Positions 12,490 to 26,687 are shown, counted from the first letter of the stretch. The stretch: 47,003 bases of DNA from Octopus sinensis (GCF_006345805.1 NW_021832160.1:1-47003); one strand, 5' to 3'. Notes: generated by a model from the letters alone, not told the origin. Made by a program: numbers and translations.

Positions 12490-13030
12490 CGAGCGGTGGG
12501 TCGTCAGACAAGCTGTTTCGACCTGGTTCAGTTTCCTCGGTTGTGAATGTTCTGAGCTAAACTAAAAGTGCTCTTCCGATACAGAAACCGGTAAAGAAAG
12601 CATTTTCTGATTTGTGCGAAAGCTGGCCAGCCAAGAACTAATTCATAAACACACTTGAAACATCACCTAATTAAAATACCAGCGTGTATAAATTTTACAA
12701 CATATGTATACAAACATGCAACGTCACTAACTGTAATATTAATGATTCAGAGAATCTCAAAGGAATTTTTGCTTATCAGAAGATAGATGTCTTTACTAGG
12801 GCTTCACTTAAAACATCCGTGAATCGCCAGTCGCAATGTTTCGATCGGATTTGATCCCCTCAGTGACGAATCATCCTGATGCTCTGAGCTAAGCTAAAAG
12901 TACTTGCTTCGATATAAAAATCGGTAAACGAAACATTTATTGATTTCCGCATAAGCTAGCCTGGCTAGAGTTAAACTAATATACGCACTTGAAACGGTTT
13001 TAGATTAATATACCAGTGTGTATAACAGCG
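12490..13030 (-). repeat. Two diverged tandem units about 330 bp apart, each with a degenerate hammerhead-like motif
   Basis: CTGAGCTAA(A/G)CTAAAAGT..CGGTAAA..CACTTGAAAC..ATACCAG(C/T)GTGTATAA occurs at about 12555-12690 and 12885-13025. Confidence 0.6.
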
Positions 13031-13556
13031 AAGCTCTATGGTTTTAACACACAAATCTCTTTGAATAGTTTCTCTGAAACAAAATCTCAGAGTAAGTGCC
13101 ATTCACCGTTTGTATACACACTCTGCATATTATACACACTGGTGTTTTAATCTAAGGCTGTTTCAAGTCCATAAATTAATATAGAAACAAATTTATTGAG
13201 CAACAGGATAATATCGAACGACCAAAACTGGAAGGGAAATCTATTTTCAGGGATCTGCCAGCCATAAATAAGATCTACCGAGTCAGGAAGGCCACAAAAT
13301 AATTCAACAACAAAATTATTCAACTGTTCTTCAGCTCTGTTTCTTCTTTCCTTCTTTTCTTCTTCCTTTCTTTCTCCTTTCGTTTTATTTTTAGATTTAG
13401 GTTATCATTTCACATGAGATTTGGTTTATACCTTGCTTATCACATTTACACAAACGATTAAACTGATTAAATGAACAACAGATAAATAAATAAATAAAAT
13501 AGAGCTTGAAGGCCCAAGGACACTCCTTGTTCGACGATACCCTCATATCCTCATAT

Positions 13557-13625
<69 letters not shown>

Positions 13626-13644
13626 ATATGTATATATATATATA

Positions 13645-14055
13645 TTACTCTTTTTACTCTTTACTCTTTTACTTGTTTCAGTCATTTTTGACTGCGGCAT
13701 GCTGGAGCACGCGGCTTTAATCGAGCAACTCGATCCCGGGACTTGTTCTTTTTGTAAGCCCAGTACTTATTCTATCGTCTCTTTGGGCCGAACCGCTAGT
13801 AACGGGGACATAAACACCAGCATCGGTTGTCAGTAATGCTATGGGGGACAACACAGACGCACAAACACACACACTCATATATATATAATATATATATATA
13901 TATACATATATACGACGGGCTTCTTTCAGTTTCCGTCTACCAATCCACTCACAAGCTTTGGTCGCCCGAGGCTATAGTAGAAGACACTTGCCCAAGGTGC
14001 CACGCAATGGGACTGAACCCGGACCATGTGGTTGGTAAACAAGCTACTTACCACA
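13645..14055 (-). mobile_element. tRNA-headed SINE, family A
   Basis: Reverse-complement match to 26688-27102, including the (TAAAAGAG)n tail. Confidence 0.85.
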
Positions 14056-14099
14056 CACACACACACACACCCCACACACACACACACAACACACCACAC

Positions 14100-14150
<51 letters not shown>

Positions 14151-14172
14151 TATATTATACGTACATAGCATA

Positions 14173-14391
14173 CGAGGGGCGCTGAAAAAGTTCCTTGTTT
14201 TAACTAAAAGAAAATACAGAAGGATCAGTTAATTAAAATTTTATTCAACATATTCCCCTCTCGGATTCACACATCAATTGCAGCAGTCCTTCAGGTCTTC
14301 TAAGCCCCGCAAAAGAATTCGGAATGTTGGGCCTCCATCCAAACCTTTCGCGATACCCTTAAAGCCATGAACTTCTCAGCACCCCCACCTG
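14173..14391 (-). mobile_element. Mariner-derived MITE
   Basis: Imperfect TIRs (CGAGGGGCGCTGAAAAAGTTCC / GAACTTCTCAGCACCCCCACCTG), TA on both sides; interior encodes a mariner C-terminus-like GLEDLKDCCN*CVNPRGEYVE*. Confidence 0.8.
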
Positions 14392-14712
14392 TATATGTGT
14401 AAACATTATTTGTCGCACATAGTGCATGTCTTTTGTTTATACGCTCATTTGCTGGGGGACAGCGTCGAGAGAAAGCTCTCTACACAACGCCGAGGGTTAA
14501 AGAACACCGAATTTTGCCGACCAGGCGAAACAACTCACCTCAAATCACCGAGAATGGTAGATATCGGTATTTCCCCGTCAATACTATGTACTCGGATCAT
14601 CTTGAAACGAAGTGAATTGCTGGTCTGCGACTTATAACATTGAAATATACATAAATACAAGAATTTTAAATGTTGTACATGCATATTAAATGTTTAAACT
14701 GACAGGTTAGAG

Positions 14713-14913
14713 CAGTGCTTTTCAAACTTTTTGCTGGAGCGGAACTCCAAGGAAACATTCCACTGGCTCGAGTTACCCCAGTACAATAATTTAATTGTCT
14801 TATGCACACATATCTGCACAGGAGAATTAAAAATTACTGCCAATTTTAGCAGTTTTGTAACTTCTTGCGGAACCCCTGGACTGTACTGGCGGAACCCTGG
14901 TTGAAAACCACTG
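14713..14913. mobile_element. hAT (Charlie-like) MITE with perfect 8-bp target-site duplication
   Basis: TIRs CAGTGCTTTTCAAAC / GTTGAAAACCACTG; GGTTAGAG duplicated at 14705-14712 and 14914-14921. Confidence 0.9.
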
Positions 14914-16202
14914 GGTTAGAGTATGAGTGGCCACAAAGATTTTAGCAAATCAGCCACAAGCTTCTCCCCCAAAATACCAAGGTACCAAATCAGGAAAACC
15001 ATGTTTGGTACCAAGAAAAGTCACCAAACTTGCCTCTTGTTAAACAAATTTGCCCGAGGTATCAAGATCGGTGGAGTACTCACTGGTAAGATAACCGGAG
15101 TAGTTTTCTTTCTTTGGAATTACCTGCGGTACCCCCTATTATGGGGACAATTTTCCATCCCCTCATCTCCATCCGATTCTGATAATATTCATGATACAGC
15201 TGCAACAACTAAAATAATATTGAATGCCGAATATGCCTCACATTCACCAAATTTGCCTGAAATAAGAAAACTGGGAGTCGGGTTTCTGGTGAGCCAGCTG
15301 GAGCAATTTTTACCTTTGTTTCTATTCTACTAATAGAACCACCCATGACAGAACTGTAAGAACTTGTCTCGCAATCACTAAATTTTTCCGAAAAAAAAAA
15401 ACTGGGTGGGGACACACTTTGGTATGGGTGCCGTAGAAAATTTCCCTTTTAATTCCACACCATTTATAAATATAAATCTAGCTCTGGTAACGCCCATGAT
15501 GTAACTGTAATAAATATATCGTATAATATACAGAATGATTTCATGTCTTCGATACCATTAATCGATTCCAATATACAGTTACCACAATTTCAGAAAGACC
15601 AGCTGCTATTCGATGCTACACTTTAAAAGACCAGATATGTTTCCTATTAATTACCAAAGTCAGTCTTTTATAAGAAGATGTCTGGGAATTTATGGAAGCT
15701 AAATAAACCAAAAGCATCGAATGGCATAAAAAGGAGAAATAAATACAAGTATGTATCGCATGGAATTTAATATAGAATTAATATATGTTGGTCTGTATTT
15801 GTAATATAGTAAGTATGGTTGAGACAATCCAAGACTGGTTGGTCATAATGGAGAGTCTGAGAGGAATGCGGAATCGTTTATAGTCTTCCTTAGTGATTTC
15901 GTGATTTGAATTGGTCAGCCATCTTCCGTTAGCCATCTACTCTTTGATCGACGCAGCAGCATATTTATGTTTGTGTGTGCATATATATGTACAAACACAC
16001 ACAAACATATGGATACATACACACATACATACATACATATATTATATATATATATATATATACATATCGCGCGATCAAAGTATACGTGCAAGCGCATAAA
16101 TATGTACCTATATTCGTAAAAAATGTATATACTCATGTATATATATTTTTTATTTATCTAATCTACATGTCGACATGTATGTTTGTGCATATATGTGTCT
16201 GG

Positions 16203-16258
<56 letters not shown>

Positions 16259-16326
16259 ATAAGCCAGTAAATGGTGGTTGGTTTTTTTCTCTCCTATATA
16301 TATTATATATTCTAGAATGTATTGGG

Positions 16327-16373
<47 letters not shown>

Positions 16374-16774
16374 GATACATACATCCACACATGCGCATAC
16401 TACAGTTATATCTCCATCCGTTCAGATGTATGCATCGTTGTGTGTTTACTCAAGGTTTTAAGGATAAACCTTGCCAATATCCTCGTTACTATGATAATTC
16501 TCGGATTTTAGTGATCCAAGATGTTTTAGTAGCTTAGCTATTCGCTTTAGATAACGCTTTGGTTACACACGCACCTAAACAACGCCAACGCATATATATA
16601 TATATACACACATATTAAACATGTGTCAGGATATATATATATACATTTATCACAAACATATCTAAGCGGGTTATTTAATCAGATGGGAGATTTCTAGAAA
16701 TCTTTGTTTATGTAAAAGCAAACGAACAAACCGATGCATAACGAACGTGTTTGTACGCAAATATTTTACACACA

Positions 16775-16854
<80 letters not shown>

Positions 16855-16868
16855 TACACACACACATA

Positions 16869-18200
16869 CAGGGTGTCCTAAAATCAAGACAAACAATATT
16901 TTAAGATTTTTCCAAAGCAAAATATTGTTGAATTTCCTGTCCGAGGGTTGCAATGCAATGGTAAAGGAAACACAATTATGATACGACCACATTTATTCGA
17001 TATGACCACTTCTGTTTCGAATCCCAGCCTTAAGTCTAGGTGCGAATACTTCACACACGGCGCGCAGCTGTTCTTGCGGAATCGAAACCCATTCCTGGCG
17101 CAGTTTTGCCTTCAGCGCATCGAGCGAAGCATGAGGAGAGCTCGAGACACTCGTCTCCAAAATGGACCAAACAGAAAAGTCCAACGGGTTGAGATGGGGG
17201 CTTCTTGAGGACCGTACGTCTTTGCCTATGAACGACAGAATGTTTTTCTGAATCCAGTGTTGTATCTGTTTAGAGCTCTTGGATGGTGCTGAGTCCTGTT
17301 GAATGCTCCAAGGTGCGCTTTGAAAATACTTATTCGCCCATGGAAGCAGATCAGCTTCCGGAATGTAGCTAATGTATTGCTGGGAGTTAATTTTAACACC
17401 CGAGGGCACAGAAACGAAGGGAGCACTTCCGGTGGCTGTCACAGCCTCCTAAACCCTAACTGACTGTAGATTTTGACGCCGATTTACGAATAAATCATCG
17501 ACGGAGCCAGATACATTCCAAAATCGGTCATTTTGGTGGTTTATTGTCAAATTACGGAGATGTACTCGCATAGCAAGTGATTTGATTTGAGATCGTGTGC
17601 TGAAACGAAAACGATTGCAGCATGGAAGGTGTTTGTAAGCCATTTAAGAAACAAACAAAAGCCGCTTTTGTGTGTTTCTTAAATGGCTTACAAACACCTT
17701 CCACGCTGCAATTGTTATTGTCAAATTTCTTTTCATCAATGAACACCAGGTTGGGTAGCGTGCCTTCAGCAATCTGACGCCAGATAAAACGACTTCTCTT
17801 CCGTCTCATGGCCTTATAAATTTGCATGAGTTCATGACGACGGATCATGTTGTAGGAGGGGTGGGTCTTGAGATCCTCCTTCAGTACACGATACAACGAT
17901 GTTCGGCTTATTTTTGCTATGACAGCCAGTTTTCTGACGGAACGATGAGGATTTCACCGTATCTTTTCTCTGGTACTTTCAATAAGCTGAGGGGTCCGCA
18001 CACTCCTTTTTCGGCCACGTCCAGGTCGATCAGCAGTGGAACCCTGTCTCTTGAAAATCTTTAACATTTTTTCAGACTGTTTTCGGTTAATTTTAAGCTT
18101 TCTTTGCTATATAGCTGTGTTATTTTCGCCTCCTTTCTGGGGGTTTTGATTGTTTTCCGGTCTATGGCCATTATCTAATTCATAAATCTGAATTTATTTA
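16869..18200 (-). mobile_element. Decayed maT (DD37D) Tc1/mariner transposon, interrupted by a nested insertion
   Basis: TA-CAGGGTGTCC terminus at 16867-16878. Fragments DRPGRGRKRSVRTP (HTH), LVFIDEKKFD, and QQDSAP..SPHLNPLDFSVW with exactly 37 residues between D2 and D3; frameshifts and stops; the other TIR is not visible. Confidence 0.9.
17554..17714 (-). mobile_element. Fold-back copy of the 5336-5566 element nested in the maT transposase
   Basis: Near-perfect palindrome of about 50 bp per arm at 17614-17712 plus the 60-nt tail shared with 5505-5566; 13-bp direct repeat TTATTGTCAAATT at 17541-17553 and 17715-17727. Confidence 0.75.
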
Positions 18201-18299
18201 GTCTGAAACAAAAAGAAACACACTAAGCTTTCATATTGATGTATAATTTTCATATCTTATCACATTTATTGACAGTTATGTGTGTGTGTGTGTGTGTAT

Positions 18300-18570
18300 G
18301 GGTTACGGTATTTGGCTCACCATCGTAAGGCTGTGAGTTCGATTCCCAGTTGCGCATCGTATTCTTGACCATGACACCTTATTTCAGGTTGCACCAGTCC
18401 ACTCAGCTGGCAAAAATGAGTTGTATCTGTATGTCAAAGGGCCAGCCTTGTCACATTTGGTGTCACGTGCTGAATCTCCTTGAGAACTACGTTAAGGGTA
18501 CTCATGTCTGTGGAGTATTCAGCCACTTGCACGTTAATCTCACGAACAGGCTGTTCCGTTAATAGCATCA
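18300..18570 (+). mobile_element. tRNA-headed SINE, family B
   Basis: GAGTTCGATTCCC B-box; body CACTCAGCTGGCAAAAAT..GAGAACTACGTTAAG..CCACTTGCAC shared with 40350-40640 and partly with 9682-9830. Confidence 0.75.
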
Positions 18571-18622
18571 TCAAGACACTCGCCATGCAAGATGTCCTCT
18601 GACTGCCAGTTTATACATAATA

Positions 18623-18657
<35 letters not shown>

Positions 18658-19078
18658 ATATTATATATATATATATATGGGTACACATATGTTTATATAT
18701 GTGTATATATATATATGTGTTATGTATATATATGTGATATGTATATGTATGTATAATATGGTATGATGTGGTGTGTGGGTTTGTTATATATATGTGTGTA
18801 TGTGTATATATGTGTATATAGGGACTAGTGTGCTCTGTGTGCTGTGTGTTAGTGGAAGTTGTGGGTGTATGTGTATATATATATTTTTCGTGTATAGGAG
18901 GTGTGGTCGTGGTGTATATATAAATGTAGTGTATACGTGTATACAAGTGAGTGTGTGTATGTATAATATATATGTGTATGTGTAGATATGTATAGTATGT
19001 GTGATTGTATATATATGTGTGTATGTGTAGAGGTATAAGTGAGAATCTCCTTATTACCTAAAACTCTATTCCCCCCTT

Positions 19079-19120
<42 letters not shown>

Positions 19121-19528
19121 TTTTAATTTATTATTATATTTTTTATTTTTTATATTTTTTTTATTTCTATTTTTTATTTTTTATTTTATTTTTTAGTATT
19201 TATATTTTTTATTTTTTATTTTTTATTTTTGTTTTTTATTTTTTATTTTATTTTTTATTTATTTCCTATCTATTTAACACATGACCACCTCCCCAGTATG
19301 ATTTTGCGCTATGCCTACCCCCAAAAAGTCCACACCCCTATTAAACACCCCTTTAAATGCTTAAATGTATAAATGCCAATACAATTCTTGTTAACTAGCC
19401 TTCCTGAAGATTTCTCTTGAATGAAACATTCTAGTCCTGTAGAAGCTCCTTCTATTAATAAATAATTTTACTCTGCATGTATTGAGTACTTATTACTGTG
19501 GTTAACCCCGAATCAAACCGGGACCTAC

Positions 19529-19604
<76 letters not shown>

Positions 19605-19748
19605 CATAGTAGAATAGTGTAGATTAGTAGCATAAGAAATAGAAAGTCGTTAGTACAGTATTATAAATCTGAAAGTAAATAGAAATTGCTTTTCTGTAAT
19701 TTTTGCCTTTAATAATGGATGTTTCATATTAATACATATATCTATATG

Positions 19749-19789
<41 letters not shown>

Positions 19790-19801
19790 TATATATATAT
19801 T

Positions 19802-19839
<38 letters not shown>

Positions 19840-20148
19840 GTATGTAGTAGTATTATATGTACTTACCTATATATATACATATATACATACCTTATATTAG
19901 ATGTATATATAGATGTATATGCATACACATACAAATAATATACTTATACACACTATACAGCTACACACACACACACACACACATATATATACACACCACA
20001 CTTCCGTATGCTAATTATAAAAGTGTCCTTATTTATAATTGTTTTTATGTTCCATTGTTTGCAATAAGAGTATTAATCATTATTCTCACAATACAAGTAT
20101 TCTTTGTGTAGCTATAAGCAACATTGACACCTGAGTCACACACACACG

Positions 20149-20189
<41 letters not shown>

Positions 20190-20399
20190 TTATATATATA
20201 CACACATATATATATTTATATATCTTCTTCGATATTACAGTACATACATATATACACATATATCTATCTATCTATCTATCTATATATATATATTTATGCA
20301 GACATACACACTCACATAGTAAGGTTGCTAATGGGTCTTTAAATTAATTTGCAAGATGTCTTGTGATTCTACATCTGTGTTGTTGATTCTTCCTTTTTG

Positions 20400-20900
20400 G
20401 CTTTGTTGCTGTATTTTCAATGTCCTCCGTCTTTGACTTGCAAATCGTCTGTTATTGTGCGACTGACGATTGTGTATCGAGGTTTGTTTAGTAAATTCCT
20501 CTCTTACAAAATGCTTCCTCTTTGTTTTTAGTTTTTTAATTCAATATTATTATGGAATTTTCTAATCAGCAATAATTTCATTGTCTCTTATAAGATTTTA
20601 TTTATATAAAGAATGGGAAGTTCCTTAGAGAATAACATTTCAACAATTCTATGTAGATTCGGTGGAAAGGAACATTGGAATTGGCTATGTGAAGATTCTT
20701 TTGAGAGTTGTGTGATATTGTGTTTGGTAAATAATTACATCCTGGCATCTTGATATACAAGAAATCGAGAATTCAGGAACTGTGTTCGAACAAGCCACAA
20801 ACATTCACATTAATTAAAAATGTATTGAAGGTGAGACACGAGGGTTTAAAAGCTTACAGATTTCCCATGCATTGCTAGGGCAATTAGTATATCACTTTTA
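20400..20900 (-). mobile_element. Possible highly degraded Penelope-like RT fragment
   Basis: Only weak, frameshifted similarity by eye (SFPPNLHRIVEMLFSKELP; ERNLLNKPRY). Confidence 0.25.
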
Positions 20901-20929
20901 GTTCTGTCTTTGCGCATAATGCGTATATA

Positions 20930-20964
<35 letters not shown>

Positions 20965-23559
20965 GATATATATATATATGTTATGTGTGTGTATGTTTGT
21001 GTGTGTGTATTAAAAAACAAAAAAGAAGAAAACATTGAGGAAATTTTCATGGATAAAACTAAGAAAGTATTTACATGTTTATCAACATATGTTACCGGTT
21101 TCAAACACTTGAAAACCACAGTTTAGTCATGCTGGAATAGAATGCAAAATAAATTGAAATATACTAAAATAGTATTCATGATATCAGTTCTGGAAGTCTA
21201 TATTTTTTCTTACCAAAACTACGTCGTCCCGGTGTTTCTTTTCCTGATTGTTGCTGGGTCGTGGTAGTTGTAGCAGCAGCAGCAGCAACTACATAACCGA
21301 TACGATTGAGTTCAATGACTTCATCCTAGTTTTAATGACTAAGATGTCTGTTTCAAGATTTTTGCTTATCATGTTGAAAAAACACTGATGCAGTAAAAAC
21401 TAGCTGAAAAGGAACCGGAAATGGAGACAGCGATTTAAAAATGACGTTGCTAAGGATCCAACAGTGAGCAGACACTGAAACCGTGAATAATGAGACGTTG
21501 GAACAGAGGGACAATGGAATAGTTGGACAAAGGAACAATGGAACAGTGGATCAATGGGATAGAGCAACAGGGGAGCGACTGAAAAGGAACTGGAACTTCA
21601 GCGATGGAACTCCGTCGCAAAAACATCAAGGTGAATCTTTTTATTGCAGATTTATGTAAATGTTTTAGGATCATGTTTTGTACCAAGTGTTTTTTTCGCG
21701 AATTTAAAAAAAAAAAAAAAGATCAAGAATGGCCAACAATAATCTCGAAGACAAATTGCGAGATGCTCCATCTCAGATGTTTCCAAACACTGGAACATTT
21801 TAAAGGAATTTTCTTTACTAAATTTGTAACCCGGATTTTCATGTCATTTCCTTTTCTATTTTGATTGCTGCCTAAACAGCGACAACTTTTTATAATTCTA
21901 TAATTTGCTTTCTATATAATCGATTGTGTACTTTAAACCACATACAATAATTGCTAAATTACTCTATTAACGATATGCTTCCATTTATTAACATTGTCTG
22001 CTGTTAATCAAAAGGTTACCCATGTTATTACGAGCCAATAACACACCGATCTATACATTTACTATCATTCAGACAAAACACCTCATAACCTTATCTTATT
22101 TTGTCAGACTTTTCACTGCCAACACATGTTGATCTTGAACACAGAACACAACCCATGGTTACATTCTGCTCCATTTCAAATACTTTGAACTTACCCTCTT
22201 TCTCATTAATAGTTAGAAACACCAAAAACATCCCAAAACCTTGTACGACGCCATTTTAAAATCGCTGTCTCTGGCACGTTTCACATTAACACACGAGACA
22301 ACTTGATTTTGAAAATCTGGTTGAGTCTTTATGTCTACGAGATTTGAGGAAAATACCAAAGTCGTTATTATCTTTTGTAAGTAATCTATGTAATTATGTG
22401 CTTTATATAATTATGATTATGTTTTTATACACCGAACGTCAATATGGTCGCCATATTGAACTGAAATTTGCGAAGATTATTTACTGTTGTTTAACCTCAG
22501 TTCGGCCCAGATTAAACAGACTTATGATTAAAGACATTCAAACCGTGGCCATCCTTTCTTATTTTCGGATATCTAAAGCCACAGTATTCAATATGTCCTC
22601 TCTTTTCTTAAGTTTCAGTTTGGTTTTATCGCAATTTGCCTGCTATTTCTAGCAGATCAAGCAGACTTGTAGCAGGGATTTTATCGACAAGTTTACTTTT
22701 CTAGTTTTCACCATGTTTTCTATCATTGATACTTTATCCCCTTATCTCACTGCCCAATTGTTCCCCTTTTCAGTTGTCTTGTCCCCCCACTCCCCCTTTA
22801 TACCACTGTTACCGTTTCATTGTTCCATTGACTTGAAATTCCATTGTTCCATTATTCCACTGTTCCACTGTGTCCATTGCTCCATTGTCCCATTGCACTA
22901 ACGTCTCATTCTTCACGGTTCTCTTGCCTATTCACTGTCGTATCCTTTCTACAGGGAATGATGGTAAGTTCCGCAGGCAATATTTTTGCATTTTAACGCT
23001 GAGAGAAATAACACTGTGATAGCGTTGACGTCTCGTCGCTTCCACGACAGCGTTATTTCTTCTTGAAGTAGAAGTTTTAAGTCTGAGTCAACGACGAAGA
23101 GATACAGCTTGATGTCATCTCTAGGCGGTTTAAAAGCACGAGTCTCTGACATTCAAATGGTTAAAAACTGTCTGCAGGAGGGCACAGAGGTGTGGAACTG
23201 AAAGAAATGGCATTCAAATACTGGCAGCTTTGGAAGCAGAGCACAATTACATACATATATATATATGCATGTGTGTGTGTCTGTATGCAGAGAAAGGAAG
23301 AGAGATGAGGAGAGAGATGGAATGATACAAAGACACAACAAATATGATGCAATATAGAATAATTAAAAGAACGAAGACCGAAGCTCAGTAATCTAACCGC
23401 GGAGACTTTATTGACCGAATATCAACAGAATGGTGTCACGTGACAGATTTTCATATTATTGAAAATATTGAATATGAATTTTAGTGAAGACGCATTCACA
23501 CGTACACATATTTACACATACATACACACACACCTGCTTATACGCACGCTCACACATGC

Positions 23560-23584
23560 ACACATACATATACATACATATATA

Positions 23585-23634
<50 letters not shown>

Positions 23635-24122
23635 TATATTATATATATGTAAATATGAATATATGTACACACACACATATATATATATATATGTAGCTTA
23701 TATACCTCTGTATATATATATATATATATATATGTTCATGCGTACAATTAATCTCGCTTTCAGATATTTGTAAGATACATACGCATGCACTTAAACCCAC
23801 ATACATACGCACTAACACATTCACGCATACTCACGCACACATATATATACGCACGCACGCACACAACACACACACACACATACTCATACATACGTACATA
23901 CATACATACATCTATGTATGTACAGCAGCGTTACATAAATATATACAGTATTATATTCATACATAACAATTATGTTTTCTACAACACAAATGTGTGGAGG
24001 TCATACACACACACACACACACACAAACAGCCATTCATGCACATGTACACACGTCTCATATCCAGACGTTGTCAAGCACGCATCTACACACTTATAAGCA
24101 TAGACGCATATTAACAAGTATA

Positions 24123-24153
<31 letters not shown>

Positions 24154-24197
24154 ACACATATATATATGATATAGAACATATATATATATATATTATA

Positions 24198-24235
<38 letters not shown>

Positions 24236-24260
24236 ATATGTATGTATGTATATATAATAT

Positions 24261-24305
<45 letters not shown>

Positions 24306-24307
24306 AA

Positions 24308-24360
<53 letters not shown>

Positions 24361-24908
24361 GCATATATATATATACATGCATATATACACCTGCACATAG
24401 ACAGAGCGAGTTATTGATTGGGTGTTAGATCTAGTCTTATACATTTATCAAGAGTTACATTTCAAAGTCCAAATATATACATATATGTATAAAGTATAAA
24501 TGTATATATCCATATATGGTTGTGCATATATACACATTTGCATATATACACTTATATATATGTACATTTAAATATATACATATATATACATACATTTATA
24601 CATGTGTGTAGATAAGTAAATATGTATATATATATATACATATATATATATGTATATATACATACGTACATACATATATACATATATATATATATGTATA
24701 TATGTATAAACACACACTTATAAATATTTAATATGTATGCAAATATAAGTTCTGTTATTATTTTATAACTATAAATAATAATAATAATAGTAGTAATAAT
24801 AATAATAATAATAATATTAATAATAATAATAATGATAATAATAAAAATGATATAAGTAAATAATGTATAAAGGATGATATATCTTGTATATATATATATA
24901 TACAATAT

Positions 24909-24939
<31 letters not shown>

Positions 24940-24998
24940 ATATATATGTTCATATACCCTTATTTAGTGCATGTATGTATGCATATATATATATATAT

Positions 24999-25042
<44 letters not shown>

Positions 25043-25897
25043 GTATACACATCTATTATATATATATATATTATATATACGCACACACATATATATATAT
25101 ATACATAAATACGTAGATATATATATATATATATTACACACAACACCACACATATGCACATATATACAGAGCAAAGGGAGAAAGAAAGAGAGAGAGTGAT
25201 GAGGAAAGAGAGAGAGAGAGAGACTGAGTACATGGCGAAATTAGAAAGAAAGTTTGTGTCTCTCCGATGCATAAGAATTGTTCCATATTTTTCATGAAAG
25301 TTTTGGAAACATTAGTCTGCAGACATTTATGTTAACAACATCGCTTAATTAGTTTGTATAATTAGTTTGTTGATCAACATATATTGCGGATAGTCCAACT
25401 CTGGATTTGTACGAGGCTAAACAATAATTACATACTTAGAAAGATATTATAGACACGCCTCCTCTATATGTATATATACACACATACAGGTATATATATG
25501 CATATACACATATATATATGCTTATATATATATATATATAATTACACACATACAGATATATATTTATATATACCTATACACACGCACACACACACACATA
25601 TATAGACACAGATGCACGTGCCTTAAACCGTTTCTTTGCAACCTACAAGATCTTTCGACTAGAGAACATTAATGCTGCCTCTAGATTCACCATTCTAAAC
25701 ACAGACACAGACGCACACACACACATACACACATGCAAACACGCACAAACACACACATATACGTGAATGCACATATATATATATATGCATGTATACGTAT
25801 ATACGTATATATATATATTTACATGCACGCATGTATCTACATATAAAATACATAAAGAGGGAGAGAGAAAAATAGAGAGAGAGAGAGAGAGAAAAAT

Positions 25898-25929
<32 letters not shown>

Positions 25930-26024
25930 GTAAATCGTGGAACCATATACACAGAATAGTAAGAAAAAGAAGTTCATTTAACTTAAAGATATATATATCT
26001 ATGTGTGTATTTATGTATTATATA

Positions 26025-26063
<39 letters not shown>

Positions 26064-26302
26064 TAGATACATATATATATAAATATACATACACATATTT
26101 ATGCACATGATATAAACATCTGTATCCTTATATATGCATATATACGTATATATATGTATATATATATATGCATATATAGGTATAATATGTATATATATAT
26201 GTACATACACAACTATATATGAATATATATATATACATTCAAAATATACATATACATATATATATACATTATACATATATTATAACATACCATACATACA
26301 TA

Positions 26303-26343
<41 letters not shown>

Positions 26344-26370
26344 TACAAATATGTATATAAACACTCGTGT
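23560..26370. repeat. Extended (TA)n/(CA)n/(GA)n microsatellite-rich block
   Basis: Directly visible; similar blocks lie at 880-1700, 3130-3990, 4580-5900, 11080-11750, 27470-28550 and 42400-43700. Confidence 0.95.
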
Positions 26371-26435
26371 ATTGTCTTTTGCCTTTGTTTTTCCTCTATA
26401 TTTGTTTTTTTTAAAAAACAGTATAGTATTTTTCT

Positions 26436-26610
26436 TTATTTTCTATGTTGTGACTGTGGCCGTCTGTGTTGCCTTGGTAACCAATGACTGTCAGCACGTG
26501 ATCCCATATAAGCCGGCCACTGTTGATCATTGAAGGGTAATATTCTTGCGCATCGCTTGGTTCCGTTTTTCACCTCGTGGTCGTCTTTACATGTGCATGT
26601 AATCCGAAGT
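26436..26610 (-). CDS. FAM234-like protein, terminal coding exon (R-LRITCTCKDDHEVKNGTKRCARILPFNDQQWPAYMGSRADSHWLPRQHRRPQSQHRK-stop)
   Basis: T-tract plus tacag acceptor in phase 2, matching the previous exon; TAA at 26438-26436. Missed by the ORF track. Confidence 0.88.
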
Positions 26611-26687
26611 CTGTAAAGAAAAAAAAAACCCAGTATAAATCCATTTAAAAGATATATATTATAATATATATATGCACATTTATATAC

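Noticed and set aside
14923-15333. 136-aa non-repetitive + strand ORF after the hAT MITE
   Set aside because: No recognisable domain or convincing splice context; more likely decayed transposon sequence. TBLASTX against repeat libraries would settle it.
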